A stretch of DNA of 64,000 nt from Callorhinchus milii (lineage: Eukaryota): the NCBI RefSeq assembly GCF_018977255.1, contig NW_024704745.1, forward strand, positions 24,738,001 through 24,802,000, given 5' to 3'. The translations under genes were made by a program, and so were the position numbers. Positions within the stretch are counted from its first letter, which is position 1. Each line of letters starts with the position of its first letter. Shown here piece by piece: positions 1 through 13,401 of this stretch. The notes below the pieces were generated by a model. It had not been told where the DNA came from. It saw nothing but the letters and a program-made list of their open reading frames with translations, and did no database searches.

Positions 1-1953
1 CAACCCGACTCCTCCGTCCCCCCGCCACCCCGCGCAGGTCATCTCCTCCAACCTTCACTGCGAGGAGATGCTGGATTTCCTTGAATCCAAGATCAAGGGA
101 ATCCGCTCCGCGGTCACTTCCCCTCCAACTTCCACCCACCACCCACCCCTTCCCTCCCACACTCCGACTCCTACCCATCCTCCCCTACACACCTTCGTAC
201 CCGTTTCCCCACCCTCTGTCACTGAACTCATCCTATCCCTAAAACCAACCACCTGCTCCCTTGACCCCATCCCCACTCCACTCCTTATCTCCCAGCTCCA
301 CTTTCTTGCCCCACATATCACTGACATCATCAACCTGTCCCTCTCCTCTGGCTCTGTCCCCATTCCATTAAAAACTGCCATCATCACGCCCACCCTGAAA
401 AAACCCTCCCTTGATGCGTCGCAGCTATCAAGCTACCGGCCCATCTCCAACCTCCCCTTTCTCTCCAAGGTCTTGGAAAGAGTTGTCGCCTCCCAACTGC
501 GCTCTTTCCTTTCCACCCATTCTCTTTTTGAACCCCTTCAGTCAGGTTTCCGTGCTGCCCATAGCACAGAAACTGCCCTGGTCAAGGTCACCAATGATAT
601 CCTGACCATCTGTGACCAGGGCTCCCTCTGTCTCCTCGTCCTCCTCGACCTATCGGCAGCATTCGATACGGTCGACCACGCTATCCTACTCCACCGCTTG
701 TCCTCCCACCTCAACCTTCAAGGCACTGTCCTTGAATGGTTTAGGTCGTACCTTTCTCACCGTCTTCACTTTGTCTCAACGAATGGCTTCTCCTCCACCC
801 CCCGTACTGTCTCATGTGGTGTCCCTCAGGGCTCTGTCCTCGGTCCCCTCCTCTTCACCCTCTATATGCTCCCCCTCGGTGACATCATCCGCAGACATGG
901 AGTTAACTTCCACATGTATGCGGATGACACCCAACTCTACCTTTCCTCCTCTACTCTCAACTCCACGACCACCGATGTCCTGACAGCTGCCTGTCCGACA
1001 TCGAGTCCTGGACGAGAGACAACTTTCTTCAGCTCAACGTGCGAAAAACCGAGGCCCTCCTGATTGGCTCACGTCAGCGCCTCCGCACCTCAGGCGCTGA
1101 CACCATCAGCATCCAAGGCTGCACTCTCCACCTCTCAAAGCCAGTCAGGAACCTCGGCGTTTTGTTCGACCCTGAGCTGTCCTTTCTCCCTCACATCCGC
1201 ACCACAACTGGCACCGCCTTCCATCACCTCCGGAACATCGCCAGACTACGGCACTACCTCACCCCTCACGCTGCTGAAACCCTGGTCCACGCCTTTGTCA
1301 CCTCAAGGCTGGACTATGGGAACTCTCTCCTCGCCGGCCTTCCCGCCACCTCCCTCCACAAGCTGCAGGTCATTCAGAACTCTGCAGCTCGTGTACTGTC
1401 CCGCACCAGGCTTCGGGACCACATCACTCCCACCCTCGCTCGCCTCCACTGGCTCCCCATCCCCCAGAGGATTGATTTCAAGATCCTCATCCTCACCTAC
1501 AAGGCCATTCACGGCCTTGCTCCCTCCTACCTCTCCAACCTACTATCCCCCTACCTACCTGCCCGTACCCTCCGTTCCTCTGGCTCCGGTCTGCTCCACG
1601 TCCCCCGCCCCAACCGCCCTACCATCGGTGGTCGGGCCTTCAGCCTCTCAGCCCCAGGCTCTGGAACTCCATCCCCCAGTGCCTTCGCCGCCTCCTCCCT
1701 TTCCTCCTTCAAGGCCGGTCTCAAAACCTTTCTCTTTGACCGAGCCTTCAGCTCCCCTCTCGACTCTCTTCCCCCTTCTCGCTCCCTCCCTTCCCTCCCC
1801 TCACCCTGACCATTTCCCCCCTCCTCGCTCCCTCCCCTCCCCTCACCCTGACCATTTCCCCCCTGCTCGGGTCATGACCCAACTGTGCAGCGCCTTGGGA
1901 CGTCCTCCTGACGTGAAAGGCGCTTTATAAATGGAATCTTGTTGTTGTTGTTG
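1..1953 (+). mobile_element. L2-type LINE, RT and 3' end, relatively young but frameshifted
   Basis: ORFs 68-1063 and 1039-1809: [38 protein letters not shown]. Frameshifts near 990 and 1650. About 42-bp tandem duplication at 1778-1863 and a (TTG)n tail. Confidence 0.95.
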
Positions 1954-1958
1954 ATATA

Positions 1959-2715
1959 TGACAGACATTCTGTCAGCACAGCAGTGGTCCTGGAGTTGAG
2001 GGTGGAGGCAGAGAGGTAGAGTTGGGTGTCATCCGCATACATGTGGAAGTTGACCCCATTCTGCGGATGATGTCACCAAAAGGGAGCATATAGATATTGA
2101 GGAGGAGGGGACCAAGGACAGAGCCCTGAGGAACACCGCACAAGTCGGTGTGGGGGCTAGAGGAGAAACCATTTGTGGAGATGAAGTAGAAGCGATGTGG
2201 GAGATACGATCTGAACCAATCAAGGACAGAGCCGTTAAGGTGAGAGGAAAGGCAGTGGATGAGGTTAGAGTGGTCGATTGTGTAAAAGGCAGCAGAGAGA
2301 TCAAGGAGGCCGAGGGAGTCCTGGTGTCAGATGGACAGAATGTCATTTGTCACCTTGACGAGAGCTGTTTCTGTGCTGTGGGTGGCATGGAAACCTGATT
2401 GGAGGGATTCGTGAATGGAGTGGTGGGAGAGGAAGGAGAGAAGCCGGAAAGCAACAACTCATTCCAGGACCTTGGAGAGGAAAGGGAGGTTGGAGATGGG
2501 GCAGTAGTTTGAGAGTAGAGATGGGTCCAGGGAGGCGTTTTTAAGGATAGGAGTGATGACGGCCATTTTTAATGGGGTGGGGGGACGGGGGAGGGAACAG
2601 TACCAGTGGTCAGGAAGAGGTTTATAATATCTGTGAGTAGAGGGGTAAAGAGGTGTAGCTGGAAGGTAAGGAGAGGGATAGGGATGGGGTCGAGGGAGCA
2701 GGTGGTCGGTTTCAG
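1959..2715 (-). mobile_element. L2 RT fragment, second subfamily, opposite orientation
   Basis: Reverse complement resembles 300-1000 and closely resembles 33130-33800. Confidence 0.85.
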
Positions 2716-3065
2716 AATACTTAAGTTTACAAAGACTGTATTCTTAAGTATTTTCAGTAAATTATATGCAAAGACTGCTTAATTTAACTTCTAGTCAAAC
2801 ACGGATTTACAGTTATATATGAAAAAAGAATAAATGCCCTGTTTTGCAAAACCACTTCCCAGATTTGATTTAATAGTCATGGTGACATGCAGTTGCAGTA
2901 GTTACAATTAACACTGATAATGTAAAGCAGAAAATTACTGGAATGGCTACATCTGAGCCTGACAGCTGGAAACAGGAAAAAACATGACAAAACCACCAGT
3001 ACTGTAAAAACTGAAAGCTGAAAAACAATGCTGTTGGGTTTGGTGACTGTGTAAATTGTTAGGGC

Positions 3066-3330
3066 TTTATTGTTGTAGCTTTACAGTGGCGGAGCCTGAC
3101 TCCGAGCTGGGGGTGGGGGGCGGGAAGTGACCGTAAGCGCGATCGAAAAGGAAGGTTTTCAGGTGGGACTTGAAAAAGAAAAAGGGGAGTGAGGGGGCAA
3201 GGTGGAGGGAATCAGCCAGAGTGTTCCAGAGTTTCTGGGGCATAGTAGCTGAAAGCGAGACCTCCAATGGTGGAGCGGAGGGTGCAAGCGACAAGCAGGA
3301 GGCCGGTGTCAGTCGAGCGGAGGATTGATG
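3066..3330 (-). mobile_element. L2 3' fragment
   Basis: Minus-strand KSHLKTFLFDRAY 3' motif shared with the other L2 copies. Confidence 0.8.
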
Positions 3331-4356
3331 ATATGAATAATATGAACAGGCCTTCTCTTCACTACCGACTGGTTGCTCCATCCACCCTCTCACGCTTCAC
3401 CTTAGAAGGAAGTTAACAGGGATGAGCTGCCATCTATCAAGAAAAATTGGACAGGTTAAAGCTTTTCTCCATAAAGATGCGACAATGAGAAGAGACCGGT
3501 AGGGGTGTTTAAGCACATGAAACAAATTGATTAGGATAATAGGCTGTTTTCACTTGTTGGTGGATCCAAAACGAGGATATAACTTGGTGGGGTGAGCCAA
3601 GGTTTGAGGAGTGTTCGTTGGGGTATTGCTGGAGTCTAACCATCTAAAACTGCATAGCTTGCCGTTGATAGCACAGTCTGGCAAACTTTGCTGCTGCTTG
3701 TCCAGCAAGCATTTGGCTTTTTTTTAGAGCTGAGTGGGATGATTCCCTGCCCCCAATGACTGATCTTCCCTTTCAAGTCCTGCTGGCTGTGCTTTCAACA
3801 GCAATGCCCTGGAGTACTCCAGACCTGCCTGGTTCAGGAACCGGACTACAGAGATGGCCAAGGAGGGCTGGCTTAATTCTGACATTCCATTACCAAACAA
3901 TTCACCAAGGCCATCCCTCTTGCCAAGGAAGATGTGAAAGGCGCTCTATAAATACAATCTTGTTGTTGTTGTATTAACAATGTGCGGAGCAGGAAATATA
4001 AATCAGGATTCCACTCTACATTACTACATTGCCAGAACTCCTGGCTGGATAAACAGAACGTAAATTTGGATCCTACTTAAAAAATCATATTTGAGTCTGA
4101 GAAGTTGAGTGGAACCACTAGAGGAGGCTGCTCATCAATCGTGCTTGAAATGTAATTTTTTCAAGGTTAGCACTTTGCAAATAAAGCCACATCCTTTATC
4201 ATGTAATGCTTGAACACAAAAGGCCACAGAAATCTACGGAGACCAAACATCTAATGCTTTCTCTTAAATATGCCAAAAAATGGAATTTGAAAAATATAGG
4301 CTGATTGAGATGTTCAGAATTTTTTTTACAGCCCAGAAGAAGGCCATTCAGCCCAA

Positions 4357-4677
4357 TGTGGAGTCCTGTAGCTCAGTGGTTAGAGCACTCGTTTTGCAAG
4401 CGAGAGACCTGAGTTCAATTCCAGGCAGGGCGAAACCTTGGGCAAGTTTCCTTACTCCACACGCCTAATAATAATCCCTCCAAAATCAAAAACAATAATA
4501 AAATTTGGTCATTTTCAAACTACGACTGTTTGTGGGACATTGTTGTGCGCAATTGGCTGCCGCATTCGCCCACAAATATGCAGTCAATTCACTTTACAGT
4601 GTGTTCTGTGAAGCGCTTTGGGAAGTCCTCCCGACGTGAAAAGCGCTACATCAAATGCAAGGATTATTATTATTATT
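4357..4677 (+). mobile_element. tRNA-derived SINE, short young subfamily, full length
   Basis: Head gtcctgtagctcagtggttagagc...gagttcaattcc (A/B boxes), L2-like 3' end and (TTA)n tail. Inserted in a CR1 3'-UTR relic (about 4290-4910). Confidence 0.9.
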
Positions 4678-4911
4678 GTGTCTGTACTCTTTTAGAGAGA
4701 AACTCTTTCAGTCACATTTACCTGATTTATTCCCATATCCTGTAGTTCACTCCTTTTTAGACATTTATCTAGTTCCCTTGTGAAAGTTAATATGGACTCT
4801 GCTTAATCCATTGCTCCCGGCAGGGCATTCTATATTCGAACCACTCTGTATGAAAAAAAATTCTCCTAGCCTCCCCACATAATGTTTGCTCACTATCGTA
4901 AATTGATGCCC

Positions 4912-5685
4912 CTCCACACCTCAGGCGCAGACAGCATCACCATCCATGGTTGTACACTCCACCTTATAAGCCAGTCCGGAATCTTGATGTCTTGTTTGAC
5001 CCTCAACTATTCTTTTTGCATCACATCCGTGCCATGACTTGCTCTGCCTTCCCCCATCTCTGCAACATCAATAACTCCACCACTGTCTCACACCACAGAT
5101 CGCTGAAACTCTCATACACGCATTCATAACATACAGGCTTGACTATGCAAACTCCCTATTTAACAGCCTCCCCAACTCCTCCCTACATAGGCTGCAGATC
5201 ATCCAGAACTCTGCAGCCTGTGTTCTGTTGTGTACCAAGCTTCGTGACCCTATCTCCCCCATCCTCACCCAACTCCACTGGCTTCCTGTCACACAGAAGA
5301 TACAGTTAAAGATCCTGGTCCTCATCTTCAAAGCCCTCCATGGCCTTACTCCCCCCTACCTCTGTAACCTCCTAACCCCCTATCAACCTGCCCACTCCCT
5401 CCACTCAGCAGGCTCCGGCCTGCTTCACGTCCCATTCCTCGCCCGCCCCACCATTGGTGGGTGAGCCTTCAGCCACTCTGCCCCCACCCTCTGGAACTCC
5501 ATCCCACAGTCCCTCCGCTGCAGCCCTTCCCTTGACTCCTTCAAGACCCATCTCAAGACCCTCTTCGATTACCCTCCTTCCCCCTGCCTCCACCCTCCCC
5601 GATCCTGACACCAGCTCGGGTCCGAAACACTGACTGTTTTGGAACGTCCTCCTGATGTGAAGGCTATACTAATGTTTTTTTTGTT
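4912..5685 (+). mobile_element. L2 3' fragment
   Basis: LHWLPVTQKIQLKILVL motif, similar to 1100-1950. Confidence 0.85.
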
Positions 5686-6558
5686 ATTGTAGTGACAAAT
5701 TAATCAATAAAGATACATGCAAGTTACTGCATATACAAAGTAAGAATAAGGAGCACATAAAGCTGTTAGTTGCTTCAATATTCATTATGTCCAAACCATG
5801 AGGCAGCAATAAACCAGGCAATGAATGCTGCTCTGTATGGATTGCTATTTTGTAAGATAATTTTGATGCTTTTGGAAAATGAAATGTAGTTTGAAAAATT
5901 AACTATTATGGAAAGTTAATGACATGTAAATTATAACATTTGTGAATCTATTAAAACAGCAAGTTACAAATCTTGGATTTGCTAGGATCCGATGTACAGT
6001 CTCCTGAATTTTTGTTCTTATTTTTCTGTTCTTTGCTTACCTGTAGCAGTGCGTTTCACCAGCTAAGGTCTATTGGTGGAGGTGGAGTGGAATATATAAA
6101 GTCTTACTGTAAAACTAGCCAACCTTAGATGATAAATATATCTGCATTGAAGGCTTAATGGTAAAATACAACCACTAACAGAATATTTACATTTGTTGGA
6201 GAATATTGCAACTGAAAACCATATTTATTCCATAAGTTAAAGAGACCATATAACTTAAGAAATGAGAAAGTTTAACCCAGCCCTCAGTGGGCGTGGACCC
6301 ACAACACAGAACTGTTTTTAATTTGAACTGAAATTTCCATCTCACTTAGAGAAGTCGTGGTGTAGGAAATGGAAATATTCTTAGTGGTTCAGCAGTGAGT
6401 CCTTTTCTGAGATAAAGGCAAGTAGTCACCTTGAAGGTTAGGAGCGTGTTGAGGTAATGCTTTCTGTTCAAAGTACTCCCCTTAGCTTTGTTTCAAAATG
6501 ACATATATGCTTGTTATTACAAATATAATGGGAATCTCTTCATAAAGCTGTAACAAGA

Positions 6559-6888
6559 ATAATAATAATAATAATAATCCTTGCATTTGATATAGCGCTT
6601 TTCACGTCGGGAGGACGTCCCAAAGCGCTTCACAGAACACACTGTAAAGTGAATTGACTGTATATTTGTGGGCGAATGCGGCAGCCAATTGCGCACAGCA
6701 ATGTCCCACAAACAGTCGTAGATTGAAAATGACCAATTTATTATTGTTTTTGGTTTTGGAGGGATTATTATTAGGCTCTGTGTGGAGTAAGGAAACTTGC
6801 CCAAGGTTTCGCCCGCTGCCTGGGATTGAACTCAGGTCTCTCGCCTGCAAAGCGAGTGCTCTAACCACTGAGCTACAGGTCTCCACAA
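6559..6888 (-). mobile_element. tRNA-derived SINE, short subfamily
   Basis: Near reverse complement of 4357-4677. Confidence 0.9.
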
Positions 6889-6889
6889 T

Positions 6890-7072
6890 GAGAGCGAGTG
6901 GGTGAGAAAGAGAGGACGAGAGCGTGAGAGATGGTGTGTGTGTGTGTACGTGACAGGCTGCGTGTGAGAAATAGAGTGTGTGTGAGAGTGTGAGCGTGTG
7001 TGTGAGAGTGTGAGCGTGTGAGAGAGAGTGTGAGCGTGTGAGAGAGAGAGAGAGAGAGAGGGAGGGAGGGAT
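6890..7072. repeat. Compound (GT/GA)n microsatellite
   Basis: Runs of gtgt, gtgagcgtgt and gaga. Confidence 0.9.
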
Positions 7073-7817
7073 AGGAATTGGGGTGTAATGTCTCTCAAAC
7101 TCCAACGCTGTCACACAGCTTCAGTGCAGTAAATCCGCGCCCACACGTACACACGTACATAGAAATAGAAATGTAAATAGAAGAGGACTATTTATAATGA
7201 TAAGAATATGATTGAACCCCATTCCCCCCAAACAATTGTGACACAAGCAGCATACATCACTGAGTGGCTTCATTTACTTTGATGGATGCAGATTCTATGA
7301 GCTGGCCTGTGTAAGGGTTAATTTAAATTTGTGACCCTGCGTTGAATTAAGGACTGACACAAATGTTGTACAAAAATATAGATGTTTATTAAATCAGATT
7401 AGCAATAGTTATAAGTAATTAAAAGACTATATCACAATAATGCTTACATATCGACGCATAGTTCACAACGATTTAAGTTGACCTAACCAAATGATGAGAA
7501 CCAATTCTGATAAGGAATGAAAACAGCTTGTTTATAAACAGTCTTTTGTTTCTCCTCCTTGAGCAAGAATCTTCTTCAAAGCTAGTCTCAACCAGCTCCC
7601 CTCATATGAGATTGATCATATGTTTCAAATATATATGTATAAACATCGCAAATATAATTTGAGATATTATTTAAGATATTAATTACAGAATCTTGCACCT
7701 AGGAGACAGTACCAGGGCGTCTGACTCCAGAAGATTGCAGAGGTGAAGGTACTGATGCATGTTCCCCATTACTGTGCTTTTCTCCCATCAAGCTAATCCT
7801 GTTCAGTTTCAAGGCCT

Positions 7818-8055
7818 AACATAACATGTAGGAGCAGGAGTAGGCCATTCGGCCCTTCGAGCCGGCCCCGCCATTCAATCATGGCTGATCTTCTAATCTA
7901 ACTCCAGCTAATAACCTGACCCTGCCTTATCCCCATATCCCTTAATCCCTTTTGCAATAAGAAATCTATCTATCTCAGTCTTGAATATGTTCAAGGACTG
8001 AGCGTCAACAGCCCTTTGGGGTAGTGAGTTCCATACATTCACCACCCAATCCAAA
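7818..8055 (-). mobile_element. CR1 3' end fragment
   Basis: aacataacatgtaggagcaggagtaggccattcggccc is typical of a reversed CR1 3' UTR. Confidence 0.7.
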
Positions 8056-8764
8056 GTATCATTGCCATTGAACTAAACTGGACTGATTGCATCAACAATC
8101 TATTCCATTTTAAAGGTCTTCACTTCCTTGAAATTAAATAACTTTCATCGTGGGCTTGTTTCAGAGAGACTTGCTGGTTGGCTTGTGCTCAAGACCTGTG
8201 GTTTCTGTTTATGGTACTTTTCAACTTTGTTGTGGGTTTTAAGACTTAGCAGTTGGATCTTTTTAGTTCTTTTCTGGGTTGTGATCTGTGTTTTTGTGCT
8301 TTCTTCAATTCTATACCACTTTTGAACAGAGAACTAATTAAAGGATGAAGGCAAGGCCTATACACCTGCAACATTTGTGAACTAATACATAGAACAACAA
8401 CCACAAAATTATATTTGTATAGCCCCTTTCACGTCGGGAGGATGTCCCAAGGCGCTGAATAAAGGAAGAAGAACGTGACACCCACAATTCTGTCTCACAG
8501 TTAATCACACTCCAGATAAAGGACAAGCAATATAGCAAATGCAATTGCCAAGGTCTCAGAGACAGTGAAAACAATGCTGCACACTGCAGCTGTTCAATTT
8601 CATGCAACAACTTGTTCATTGCACAGGAGGAGGTTATTTTACTGCCGATACAAATTGTGCAAGCATCTGCTATTGAAAACACTCATGTGACTGACAACAA
8701 TATAAGGACAATCTAAAGATACTCAGATTGGCATTATGTGGTGCCTATGGGTGCTCACAGGCAC

Positions 8765-9300
8765 TAATAATCCTTGCATTTGAAATTGCGCTTTATTATA
8801 GTATCAAAACACCTCAAAGAGCTTCATAGAGTTTACTGTAGAGTATACTCACTGTACATTTTCTAGGCATATTTGACTCTTCTGAGTCTACAATCTTCTG
8901 TTCACCTATAAAATGCATAGTGACCACACATTACAGTGTATCATGTGACACACTGAGACATCCTTACAACATGAAAGATGCTATATCAAATGCAACGATT
9001 ATTTACTTATTTTATTGTAAACACGGCAGCCACTTTACACATAACAGCATCCAGGAAACAGCTATGAAGTGAATAACCAATTTTATTTGGGGATTTGTTA
9101 GCCGGAACACCAGGTGAAACTCCTTTCTCTTTTCCAATAGTGCCATGGGATCTTTAACATCCAACTGAACAGAAAGACATGACATTGAATTGACAGGTAG
9201 ACAGACCTCCAGGATTGCATTGATCTGTCAGTGTGTACAATGAGCTCAAATTCACAACATAGGGCTTGTTTCAGAGATGAGAGTGCTACTAACTAAGGTA
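8765..9300 (-). mobile_element. Old Deu-domain-type SINE
   Basis: Contains aatagtgccatgggatctttaacatcc, as at 20778 and 49446, plus a decayed tail. Confidence 0.55.
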
Positions 9301-9479
9301 ATCTGCCACCTTTTTTCCTTCTTACATTCTTAAATTTTAGTCTTAATTTCGGAAATGGCGTCTTTTGAAAATGGCTTACAAATTGGAATTGAATTAAGAA
9401 TTTTCCACAATTCTGCATAATTTTAATTTCTAAGACAAATAGTCTTGACATGTTAAAGCTTCCATCTTATGTGAAGTGG

Positions 9480-9860
9480 AGCAATGATTAGACAATTTAG
9501 AGCTTGTCAATTTTGAAAGGAAATATCTCAGAGGGGACCTTTAAAGTTACACAAGATTTTAAATAGGATGAAGAAAGTAAACCTAGAACAATACTTTTGG
9601 ATATACTGAGACAGTAGGTGAAAAAGGACACGGGTTTAGATTTGCAAAGGGCAATTTCAGGGCAGACATCAGGAAGTATTTCTTTAGCTGGAGGATAATT
9701 AACAGCTGGACAAGCTACTGGGAATGGTGGCTGAGGTCAGGTCACCTATTTCACTTGAAAAATAGCTTGATACTGTGATGGAAAATAATGGATATTCCGG
9801 GAGGATGAAACGAAATGGGCCAAACAACCCTCTTCATTGAAACTTCTCTTGTGATTTTCT
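9480..9860 (+). mobile_element. Old CR1 3' fragment
   Basis: Decayed similarity to the CR1 C-terminus seen at 21953-22586. Confidence 0.55.
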
Positions 9861-11011
9861 GGTTCTTTCAAAACTTTACAAATTATAACTGATGACAACA
9901 AATCTGAAATCATTATCACAATGTTGATTCTAAAGACTGAATCTATGGATTCCAGACGTCAGATAATCAAGCTCACATTGATGATATTTATTATTTGTAT
10001 CACAAAGGTACAGAAAAGGCATAGTTACCAATCTGGAAAACAGAGATAAAATGGCTTTTGTATGTTTGTCATCCTGGATATGTCCTAAACAACAACAGCT
10101 GCACTGGATATATTTATACTACATTCTTTCATTGATCCGGTCATCACTACAAAGCCATCCGAGCATTGTTCTGACTATGACCATAAGTCCACCTGATATC
10201 ATTTCCTTATCTTCTGCATACAACGACCCTCTATTTACAGATCTTATTTTCACACAATTATAACAGACATGGTCAAGGATATTAAACGTAGTTTACAAAA
10301 CACATACACATATTACACATTAAAAATGCTGACACTCATGTTTTACAACAGCAAAGTTACAAAGTACAAATGTTCAGTAGGTTTCCATTTATAACCACAA
10401 TGCATAGCTGCACACATTTCAATGGTCAACTTAACAAAGTTTCATCAATCTACACAAGTATATTTGTCCATCTCGCCACAGCCTGACCTGCTGAGTGTTT
10501 CCAGCGATCTCTGTTTATGTTTCAGATTTTCAGCATCTGCAGTCTTTTGCATTTTATTTATTTTAATTCACTGCCACTTCTCTTCTAAGAATGCCTACCT
10601 TGGAGATGTTTTGCTCTTCTCTTCACAGATACTGCCTGACCTGCTGAGTGTTCCCACAAGTATATATATAGATGTCTATTTTCTATGAGTCTTTTAAAGA
10701 TTGTCAGAGTTAATTAGCAGCAGGGCTTTATTGAACCAAACCTTTGCATGTTCCCTGGTGTTATGTAAAATTCCTGATCTAGCCATGTCTAAGTGTTTGA
10801 TGTTGATTCAAGTACAAATGTTCTCTATCTGTTCTTGTTTTGTTGCTCAGTATATTGATCCCACTCAGTTAAATACTCTCCAGCATCAAACTGTTACGAC
10901 AATGAAATCTGAAAATTTATAACATCGACAGACAAAGTACTATTTGTTTTCAGATAGGTACGTTTTCAATATTACCAAGAAAACAATGTTGACTTTATAG
11001 GATAAACAAGT

Positions 11012-11017
11012 TTTATT
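11012..11017 (-). terminator. Candidate polyadenylation signal of gene 1
   Basis: AATAAA on the minus strand, starting 8 nt after the TAA stop. Confidence 0.5.
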
Positions 11018-11024
11018 GAGGGTG

Positions 11025-11108
11025 TTAATTGGATAATATATCGTAAACAGAGTTAATTCTTTCCAAGTAAACACTGGCCTGTTGTTGTATAGCAGATGCA
11101 CCTGATTC
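11025..11108 (-). CDS. Gene 1 terminal coding exon ESGASAIQQQASVYLERINSVYDILSN*
   Basis: ttatttcctctag|GAA...TAA, phase 0. Y-x-E-x-x-N-x-x-Y-D pattern like the CD200R tail. AATAAA follows at 11017-11012. Confidence 0.85.
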   Translation of the reverse strand, partial: ESGASAIQQQASVYLERINSVYDILSN

Positions 11109-11630
11109 CTAGAGGAAATAAAGTGATGGTTAGTTTCTAAACAGTAATTTTAGACAGCACTATTTGCTGACAGAAGTGAAATTTATAGAGGTTTATAACA
11201 CATGCAATGTGATCATACTGGATGCATTATGAAATGGAACATATTTCAAATTATTTCTAAAGAATGGCTGTACAACAAAACACCCCTCTGGCTTTCATGC
11301 ATTGGATGCATTCCTATCCACCTCAAAATCTGCAACAGAACAATGATTGCAACAGAAAAATGAAGCCTCTGCCAGAATCTCTTTGTAACTAGTTGCAAGA
11401 AGGTACTCTATCTTTTAATGAGGGTACTCTATCTTTTAACATCCAGCCCTGCTCCTGTAGAAGTATAACTGTCCTTTGCTTGGTATTCCCTCTTTTTGAT
11501 GCCACAGTTGAGTCACAGATTCAATTTGTGGAAAACAGTAGGACAATAATCTTTATATGTACAAAAAAGTGCACCATAAATTTACTGTTGGAGCATTGCA
11601 TACTGATTGTGTGTAAAATGTAATAATTAC

Positions 11631-11667
11631 CTGTGTATGTACTCTGTTAGTAGGTTTGGTCTGCTTC
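11631..11667 (-). CDS. Gene 1 exon 4, juxtamembrane cytoplasmic KQTKPTNRVHTQ
   Basis: aaaaaatgtag|GAAG...CACAG|gtaatt, 37 nt, phase 2-0. Links the TM exon to the terminal exon in frame. Confidence 0.8.
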
Positions 11668-12574
11668 CTACATTTTTTAAAATAAAAGAAATCCATTATA
11701 TTGACTGATATCTGACTTATTTTCTCCTGATAAATTGCAGATATCACTTGACAAAATTTCAATCATTACATTACATTACATGATTAATTTTTCAATGCAG
11801 ATATTAGCACACGTCAATTACACATTATGTTTTGGCTACCAATGTTCACCATAACAATTACTTGAAACAAAAAAAGGAAACATATTTGTTGACACCATAG
11901 TATATGCTAAAAAACAAGTCAGTCAAACAAGCTTGACAAGCATTTCAAGGGATCAGGTGGTTGCTGTAAAATCAAACAAATTAAGGCTTGCTATTTTTGG
12001 AAACATACTATATTCACATGGAAAATACTGAATGGTGTGCATAAGAGTATTTTCCTCACTTGCAAATGCAAAGCAATGCAATAAACTGTGTTAAAGTTAT
12101 TTTGGGTGTTGTGCATTACCTGATCATTGTGAAGTTTAAAAAGAGTAAAAAGCTTAGGATAATAAATGAAGAATGAACATTTAAAATCTTTGATGATACT
12201 AATAATACTTTCCTAATAGTTTCTCGAATTAGATAAGCAAGATGCGTCCATCCAGGGAGAAAGTGTGCATTCCATTTAAATAATCTATCTCTGGGATTTC
12301 CATGTAGATGGGATGCATGTAATTCTCAGCTTGGTTTGGATACTCTTAAACATGGTGATGGATTTCCGCATATGTCAGACACCTGGCTGGCAAAGAAAAA
12401 TTATGATTCTAAGAAATAGACAGCCATCTTTTTTGAGAAAAGTAATGCCGTTGTTTTGATGTTATTTCTGTTTTTGTGATGATCTACTGTCATTTGTTGA
12501 ATCAGAGACTGATCTATTATTCCCTTTTGCTTTCTACTGATGAGGTGAACATCAAATATCTGAGGCGAGCTTGC

Positions 12575-12960
12575 AGCAACAACAACTCCATTTATAAAGC
12601 ACCCTTCACGCAGGGTAGTGTCTCGGAGTGATTAACAGTGGCGAAGCCTGACTCTAAGCTAGGGGGCGGGGGGGACGCGACCTTAGGCAGGTCGAAGAGG
12701 AAGGTCTTCAGGTGTGATCTGAAAACGGGAAAGGAGGAGGCAAGGCGGGGAAATTGAGGAAGAGTGTTCGAAAGTTTCAGGGCAAAGTGGCTGAAAGCAC
12801 AGCCATTGATTGTGGAGCAACAACAACAACAAGATTACATTTGTATAGTGCCTTTCATGTCGGGAGGACATCCCAAGGCGCTAGAGGGGATGAGGGACAA
12901 CCAAGAGGCAGGAGCCAGCTGAGGGGTGGCAAAGGGTAGTGAAGTGAGGAGTGAGCACGT
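12575..12960 (-). mobile_element. Two nested L2 3' fragments in gene 1 intron 3
   Basis: Two reversed tails (caacaacaac) with L2 3' motifs. Confidence 0.75.
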
Positions 12961-13313
12961 CAGAGAGGAGTGTGAAGATCTTGAAGTACACAGAATGAAG
13001 TCAAACAAGGGAAACCTTCATAATGCTGGAAAGAGATAGCAGGGTCTTCCCTTCAGAGGGAGAAAGCTGGGAAATCTGATTTCAAAACCCAGAGGCAAGT
13101 GCAACCTTGAGCTCACACAAGCCCATCTAGCAATCCATCAAATACCTTCAGATAGTGTCAGGGGGGAATGCAAGTTACACACTCTCTAACCTGGCGTTAT
13201 AATGAGTTTGGGCTGTTAAGGTTACAAAAGAAAACATATTGATCTATAGTATCACATTGCAGCTTATATATTTTACCATTATAACGTCAACCAGAGTTTA
13301 GCAACATACTTAC

Positions 13314-13401
13314 ATTTTCCAAATAATGATAATGATGATTACAGTGATAACGATGATCGCTATGGGTGAAAGAATGTATAACAAAATAATTCTCATCTGA
13401 T
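13314..13401 (-). CDS. Gene 1 exon 3, transmembrane (D)QMRIILLYILSPIAIIVITVIIIIIIWK(M)
   Basis: ttctgtcttctag|AT...AAAAT|gtaagt, 88 nt, phase 1-2. About 23 uncharged hydrophobic residues, in frame with the IgV exon. Confidence 0.9.

Noticed and set aside
55-1930. Long alternative-frame or antisense ORFs (55-393, 1064-1930) and similar ones in other L2 copies
   Set aside because: By-products of C-rich L2 sequence, not genes.
1-2715. Opposed L2 copies as one large designed hairpin
   Set aside because: Two different subfamilies; one L2 inserted next to or into another.
4357-4432. tRNA gene (also other SINE heads)
   Set aside because: Continues into a SINE body and tail, with no proper acceptor stem.
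11397-11440. Short tandem duplications (also 21424-21468 and 51077-51101)
   Set aside because: Ordinary slippage duplications, not an array and not CRISPR-like.
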